A stretch of 64,000 nucleotides of DNA from Bacteroidota bacterium (GTDB lineage: Bacteria; Bacteroidota; Bacteroidia; UKL13-3). A model generated the notes under the pieces. The model had not been told where the DNA came from and searched no databases. It worked only from the letters and a program-made list of their open reading frames with translations. The stretch spans positions 122,993-186,992 of the forward strand of contig CANHVU010000001.1 in assembly GCA_947464275.1 (NCBI GenBank), in the 5' to 3' direction. The translations under genes and the position numbers were made by a program. Numbering within the stretch: the stretch's first letter is position 1; the number at the start of each line of letters is the position of its first letter. Positions 59,222-64,000 of this stretch are shown here, one piece after another.

Positions 59222-60238
59222 ATGAAACAAAAGTTAGAAGAAATTCAGCAAAAACTACATGAGTATAAAATAAATTCGAGCGAAGATTTAGAAAATTTTC
59301 GTTTAAAATATTTGTCGCGCAAAGGTTTAATGAATGATTTATTTGAAGAATTTAAACAAGTTCCAAATGAAATGAAGCGAGATTTAGGCAAATTAATGAA
59401 CGTGGTAAAAACCAATGTTCAAGCAAAATTTGACGAAGCAGCTGCAAAATTTAAAACAGATAAAAAAGGAAATAATAATCAAAATATTGATTTTACATTA
59501 CCAGCAGATTTAACAGAATTAGGATCACGCCATCCGTTAAATATTACAGAAAATCAAATTGTCGCAATCTTTAATAAATTAGGTTTTACAATGGCTGAAG
59601 GGCCAGAAATTGAAAATGATTGGCATAATTTTTCGGCTTTAAATTTTCCACCAAATCACCCTGCGCGCGATATGCAGGATACTTTTTTTATAGATGAAGA
59701 AATTGCATTAAGAACTCATACTAGTAGTGTACAAGTTAGGTTAATGCAGCAAAAAAATCCGCCCTTGCGGGCGATAATGCCAGGTCGCGTTTACAGAAAT
59801 GAAGCAATTTCAGCTAGAGCAAATTGTTTTTTTCATCAAATAGAAGGAATTTATATTGATGAAAAAGTGAGTTTTGCCGATTTAAAGCAAACTTTATATG
59901 CATTTGTAAAAGATATGTTTGGCGATGATGTAGAAGTTCGTTTCAGACCAAGTTATTTTCCATTTACTGAACCAAGTGCAGAAATGGATATTAGCTGCCA
60001 AATATGTAAAGGAAAAGGCTGTAATATTTGCAAACACAGCGGTTGGGTTGAAATTTTGGGCTGCGGTATGATTGATCCAAATGTGTTGGAAAATTGTGGT
60101 ATTGATTCAGAAAAATACACTGGATTTGCATTTGGAATGGGCATAGAACGTATTACCATGCTTAAATACGATGTTAAAGATTTAAGAACATTTTTTATAA
60201 ATGATACGCGCTTTTTAAAGCAATTTAGCAACGTTTAA
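59222..60238 (+). CDS. pheS: phenylalanine--tRNA ligase alpha subunit
   Basis: Class II aaRS motifs FRPSYFPFTEPSAEMDI and GWVEILGCGMIDPNVL. Confidence 0.92.
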   Translation: MKQKLEEIQQKLHEYKINSSEDLENFRLKYLSRKGLMNDLFEEFKQVPNEMKRDLGKLMNVVKTNVQAKFDEAAAKFKTDKKGNNNQNIDFTLPADLTELGSRHPLNITENQIVAIFNKLGFTMAEGPEIENDWHNFSALNFPPNHPARDMQDTFFIDEEIALRTHTSSVQVRLMQQKNPPLRAIMPGRVYRNEAISARANCFFHQIEGIYIDEKVSFADLKQTLYAFVKDMFGDDVEVRFRPSYFPFTEPSAEMDISCQICKGKGCNICKHSGWVEILGCGMIDPNVLENCGIDSEKYTGFAFGMGIERITMLKYDVKDLRTFFINDTRFLKQFSNV

Positions 60239-60314
60239 AATATTTAACGATTTAAATCGGTTTGTTTCATAATTATTTTGTTAATTCACATGTGTAATTA
60301 ATAAAAATACAATT

Positions 60315-61034
60315 ATGAAACAGACCTTTTACGATGCTGAAATAATTAACATAATTGACGAAACGGCTACTACCAAACGTTTTTTTTTTAAGGTTCACCA
60401 TTTACCTCAGTTTCAATTTAAAGCAGGTCAGTTTGTAATGATTGATTTGCCAATTGAATCAAAAATTACTTACAGAAGTTATAGCATAGCTTCAGCTCCA
60501 AATAATATCAATGAGTTTGAATTATTGATAGTACTTAATCCACCAGGAAAAGGCACACCGTACATGTGGGAAAACATAAAGGTTGGCTCCAAAGTAAAAG
60601 TAGCGGGCCCAATCGGTAAATTTTTATTACCTGAAGAATTAGATCGAGAAATTTGTTTTTTATGCACCGGAACGGGTATTGCGCCATTGCGAAGCATGTT
60701 GCACGATTTGGTAAATAATAAAAAATTGCACCATCCTGTAAAAATAATTTTTGGCAGCAGATATAAAGACGATTTGCTGTATAAAGAAGAAATGTCGCAG
60801 TTACAAAAAGAGTATAGTAATTTTGAGTTTATACCGGTTTTATCGCGCGAAAAAGATGAAAATTGGGAAGGCAAAAAAGGATATGTACATGAGGTGTATG
60901 AAGATATTTATGCCGATAAAAGACCTTGTTATTTTTACTTATGTGGCTGGAGTGCAATGATTAAAGAAGCACGAGATAGGTTATTGGCATTAGGTTATAC
61001 CAAAAGCGATATAAAATTTGAATTGTACGATTAA
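60315..61034 (+). CDS. FAD/NAD(P)-binding oxidoreductase (ferredoxin-NADP reductase fold)
   Basis: FAD motif RSYSIAS. NAD motif GTGIAPLRSML. Confidence 0.65.
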   Translation: MKQTFYDAEIINIIDETATTKRFFFKVHHLPQFQFKAGQFVMIDLPIESKITYRSYSIASAPNNINEFELLIVLNPPGKGTPYMWENIKVGSKVKVAGPIGKFLLPEELDREICFLCTGTGIAPLRSMLHDLVNNKKLHHPVKIIFGSRYKDDLLYKEEMSQLQKEYSNFEFIPVLSREKDENWEGKKGYVHEVYEDIYADKRPCYFYLCGWSAMIKEARDRLLALGYTKSDIKFELYD

Positions 61035-61114
61035 AAAAATGTAAAAGTCTGAATAAAATTATTCTTGCACAGTATTTTTATAAAATATATTTGAGCCAAA
61101 TAAAATTAAAAACA

Positions 61115-62554
61115 ATGACAACCAAAATAACAGTTTTAAGTAAGTACAACGAAAAGTTAAGTTCTTTAATGGTATGTAATAAAAAAACCAAATGGGCGAG
61201 TTTAGGTTTTTCAAAAGCAGAAGCAAACTATATTGATAAAAAAATCAAATCAGATGACACTTTTATTACCATTAATCAATTTGAAAGATTGGTTTTTGTG
61301 CAATTGATAGAAGAATTTGAAAAGAAAAACGAAAATCAAGCGCTTGAAGCATACAGAAATTTAGGAAACAAAGTATGCGTAGCAGTTAATACACATAAAT
61401 ATGATACCATACAAATAGCCGAAACAACTGCTACCGAAGCCCAAGTATTAGCCATAGCAGAAGGAGCAGCATTAAGTAACTATCAGTTTATAAAATATTT
61501 AACCGAAGGCAAAGCCAACAGCTTAAAAACCATTAGCATAGTTGGGGCCAAGATTAATAAAACTGCGGTAGAACAAACCAATATTTTGGTAGAAGCTGTT
61601 TGTGAAGCACGTAATTTGGTGAACGAGCCACAAAACGTTATTGATGCAGAAACCATAGCAGCAGAGTTTAAAATACTGGGTAAAAAAGCTGATTTTAAAG
61701 TAGAGGTTTTAAACAAAAAACAAATTGAAAGTTTAAAAATGGGCGGACTTTTGGCAGTAAACAAAGGTAGTCAAACACCACCAACTTTTACCATTATGGA
61801 GTATAAGCCAGCTAAGCCAAAAAATAAAAAACCATTGGTATTAGTGGGTAAAGGTGTTGTTTATGATACTGGAGGATTAAGCTTAAAGCCAACTCCAAAC
61901 AGCATGGATACCATGAAATGTGATATGGCTGGTTCGGCTGCTGTAGCTTGCGCTATTTATGCTATTGCTAAGGCTAAGTTAAACTACCATGTTATAGCTT
62001 TGGTACCTGCTACCGATAACCGCCCGGGGGAAAATGCTTATACTCCAGGCGATGTAATTACCATGTATGATGGACAAACCGTAGAAGTATTAAATACCGA
62101 TGCAGAAGGCCGCATGATTTTGGCTGATGCTTTAACTTATGCTAAAAAATACAAACCTGAAATGGTAATGGATTTTGCAACCTTAACAGGTGCAGCAGCA
62201 GCGGCCATTGGCCAATATGGAATAGTATGTATGGGCACGGCTGACGAAATACAAAAATCTGAGCTAAAAGAAAGTGGAAATGCGACACATGAGCGCTTGG
62301 TAGAGTTTCCGTTTTGGGATGATTATGGCAAATTAATTAAATCTGATATTGCAGATATGAAAAATATAGGTGGCCCGGTAGGAGGAGCTATAACTGCAGG
62401 TAAGTTTTTAGAAAAATTTGTAGATTACCCTTGGATGCACTTTGACATAGCTGGACCAGCTTTTATTTCGGGTAATGATAGTTATCGTTTAAAAATGGGT
62501 ACTGGAGTGGGCGTGCGTTTAATTTTTGATTACGTAAAGAAAAAAGCACAATAA
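61115..62554 (+). CDS. pepA: leucyl aminopeptidase (M17 family)
   Basis: Motif NTDAEGRMILADALTYA and the metal-binding residues. The track start 61091 is a TTG; the ATG at 61115 is preferred. Confidence 0.85.
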   Translation: MTTKITVLSKYNEKLSSLMVCNKKTKWASLGFSKAEANYIDKKIKSDDTFITINQFERLVFVQLIEEFEKKNENQALEAYRNLGNKVCVAVNTHKYDTIQIAETTATEAQVLAIAEGAALSNYQFIKYLTEGKANSLKTISIVGAKINKTAVEQTNILVEAVCEARNLVNEPQNVIDAETIAAEFKILGKKADFKVEVLNKKQIESLKMGGLLAVNKGSQTPPTFTIMEYKPAKPKNKKPLVLVGKGVVYDTGGLSLKPTPNSMDTMKCDMAGSAAVACAIYAIAKAKLNYHVIALVPATDNRPGENAYTPGDVITMYDGQTVEVLNTDAEGRMILADALTYAKKYKPEMVMDFATLTGAAAAAIGQYGIVCMGTADEIQKSELKESGNATHERLVEFPFWDDYGKLIKSDIADMKNIGGPVGGAITAGKFLEKFVDYPWMHFDIAGPAFISGNDSYRLKMGTGVGVRLIFDYVKKKAQ

Positions 62555-62570
62555 AAGGTAATAGAAAACA

Positions 62571-62608
62571 AAAAAGCCTAGTTTAAATTTTTAAACTAGG
62601 CTTTTTTG
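62571..62608. terminator. bidirectional rho-independent terminator
   Basis: A 14-bp stem AAGCCTAGTTTAAA/TTTAAACTAGGCTT is flanked by an A-run and a T-run. It lies between convergent pepA and clpX. Confidence 0.75.
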
Positions 62609-63841
62609 TTATGCAGCTTGTATTGTTTTATATTTCAATGCTTCAATTTTACTTTTTGCGTAAGCTAAATCAATTACAATTTTGCCTTTATTGGCTAAAT
62701 CTGGCGCATCGTACATTAAGTCAAGCATAATGGCTTCGCAAATGCTACGTAAACCACGTGCTCCTAATTTGAAATCAAATGCGGTATCAACAATTAATTC
62801 AACTACTTCATTAGTAAATTGCAAGTCGATTTTTTCTAAATCAAACAAGTGTTTGTATTGTTTGGTTAAGGCATTTTTAGGTTCAGTTAAAATATTGCGA
62901 AGCGCCTCTTTATCTAGTGGATTTAAGTGGCATAATACTGGTAAACGACCAATAATTTCAGGAATTAAACCAAAACTTCTTAAATCAGCAGGGCTAATGT
63001 ACTGCAACATGTTTTTATCGTTTACTTTGCCCAAATCATCTTCGTTTTTAAAACCAATTGCTTGAGTTTGTAACCTGCGTGCAATATGTCTATCAATTCC
63101 ATCAAAAGCACCTCCACAAATAAATAAAATATTGCTGGTGTTTATTTGAATCATTTTTTGATCAGGATGCTTTCGGCCACCTTGTGGTGGTACATTTGCA
63201 ATAGTTCCTTCTAAAATTTTTAGTAAAGCTTGTTGCACCCCTTCGCCACTCACATCGCGCGTAATGCTTGGGTTATCGCTTTTACGGCTAATTTTATCAA
63301 TTTCGTCAATATATACAATTCCACGTTCAGCTGCTTCTACATTGTAATCAGCTGCTTGTAATAAACGGCTTAAAATACTTTCAACGTCTTCGCCTACATA
63401 ACCAGCTTCGGTAATTACAGTAGCATCGGCAATACAGAAAGGCACATCTAATACTTTTGCTAATGTTTTAGCTAATAATGTTTTACCTGTACCTGTTTCG
63501 CCAACTAGCATTACATTGCTTTTTTCTATTTCAATATCGCCTTTTTTGCTTTTTGAAAGTAAACGTTTAAAGTGATTGTAAACTGCTACACAAAGTACTT
63601 TTTTGGCTTCATCTTGGCCAATTACGTATTCATCTAAGTGTGCTTTAATTTGAGCAGGTTTAAGTAAAACTAGTTTGTTTAATGGTGTTGATGACTTAAC
63701 ATCGGCATCTTCACTAATAATTCTATAAGCTTGTTTGGTGCAATCTTCACAAATTAGTGCATCTAATCCAGCAATTAAAAATTGCACTTCATTTCTTCCA
63801 CGTCCACAAAACGAACATTTATCTTCGGTTTTCTTTGCCAT
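62609..63841 (-). CDS. clpX: ATP-dependent Clp protease ATP-binding subunit ClpX
   Basis: N-terminal zinc finger CSFCGR...CEDC. Walker [13 protein letters not shown]. Length 410 aa. Confidence 0.92.
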   Translation of the reverse strand: MAKKTEDKCSFCGRGRNEVQFLIAGLDALICEDCTKQAYRIISEDADVKSSTPLNKLVLLKPAQIKAHLDEYVIGQDEAKKVLCVAVYNHFKRLLSKSKKGDIEIEKSNVMLVGETGTGKTLLAKTLAKVLDVPFCIADATVITEAGYVGEDVESILSRLLQAADYNVEAAERGIVYIDEIDKISRKSDNPSITRDVSGEGVQQALLKILEGTIANVPPQGGRKHPDQKMIQINTSNILFICGGAFDGIDRHIARRLQTQAIGFKNEDDLGKVNDKNMLQYISPADLRSFGLIPEIIGRLPVLCHLNPLDKEALRNILTEPKNALTKQYKHLFDLEKIDLQFTNEVVELIVDTAFDFKLGARGLRSICEAIMLDLMYDAPDLANKGKIVIDLAYAKSKIEALKYKTIQAA

Positions 63842-64000
63842 TAATTGTATAGAGCTAGGTAATTTTAATAATTAGATTGCAAATATAATACAATGAAAGG
63901 CTATTTTTGTTTGTTTTTAAAATCGTTGCAAAGATTAATTTGTTAAGTTGAAGTTATTTGAGTGATTAATAAAGTAACAAACAAAAACACTATTTAAAGA

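Noticed and set aside
1-64000. Mobile elements, prophage or defence islands
   Set aside because: No transposase, integrase, recombinase, phage structural gene, restriction-modification gene or obvious defence gene was seen. I found no flanking direct repeats or a tRNA integration site, though I did not scan exhaustively.

Overview
This ~64 kb window looks like a chromosomal segment of a low-GC (roughly one-third G+C, estimated by eye) Bacteroidota genome, most likely Flavobacteriia- or Cytophagia-like. Several proteins end in type-A or type-B T9SS C-terminal sorting domains, the outer membrane proteins are aromatic-terminated beta-barrels, and one OmpA protein carries TPR and beta-propeller domains. 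Gene density is high and mostly housekeeping. Identified genes include dnaA, recR, thyA, purL, purE, pheS, mnmG, ybeY, clpX and an M17 aminopeptidase. There is also a crtI-crtB carotenoid pair, a LytS/LytTR two-component system and a pair of M16 peptidases. Three T9SS cargo proteins are present: an S8 subtilase, a 1345-aa adhesin built from about ten tandem ~85-aa repeats, and a type-B CTD protein. I found no rRNA, tRNA, CRISPR array, transposase or integrase. The less ordinary observations are as follows. (1) A (GGCAATA)~8.7 heptamer array followed by degenerate GC-rich heptamers lies upstream of an ALDH gene, with a near-identical degenerate copy 19.5 kb away, and a separate (CATTCAA)x4 heptamer sits inside purL. 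(2) A palindrome family TTCCACGTGGAA(C) occurs at least five times in 8 kb, including a perfect 14-bp copy in the 29-bp ybeY-mnmG gap. (3) An unlisted 56-aa ORF is paired with an 82-aa Cys-containing small protein downstream of a DMT transporter. (4) A triple 11-bp inverted/direct repeat sits in the divergent ATPase/hydrolase promoter. (5) A fatty-acid-hydroxylase-superfamily enzyme and an Mpo1-like (DUF962) protein flank tandem paralogous lipoproteins. (6) Two long AT-rich non-coding stretches (704 bp and 473 bp) are present, the second with DnaA-box-like and GC-rich decamer repeats upstream of pheS. All calls rest on reading the translations and sequence by eye. No database searches were run.
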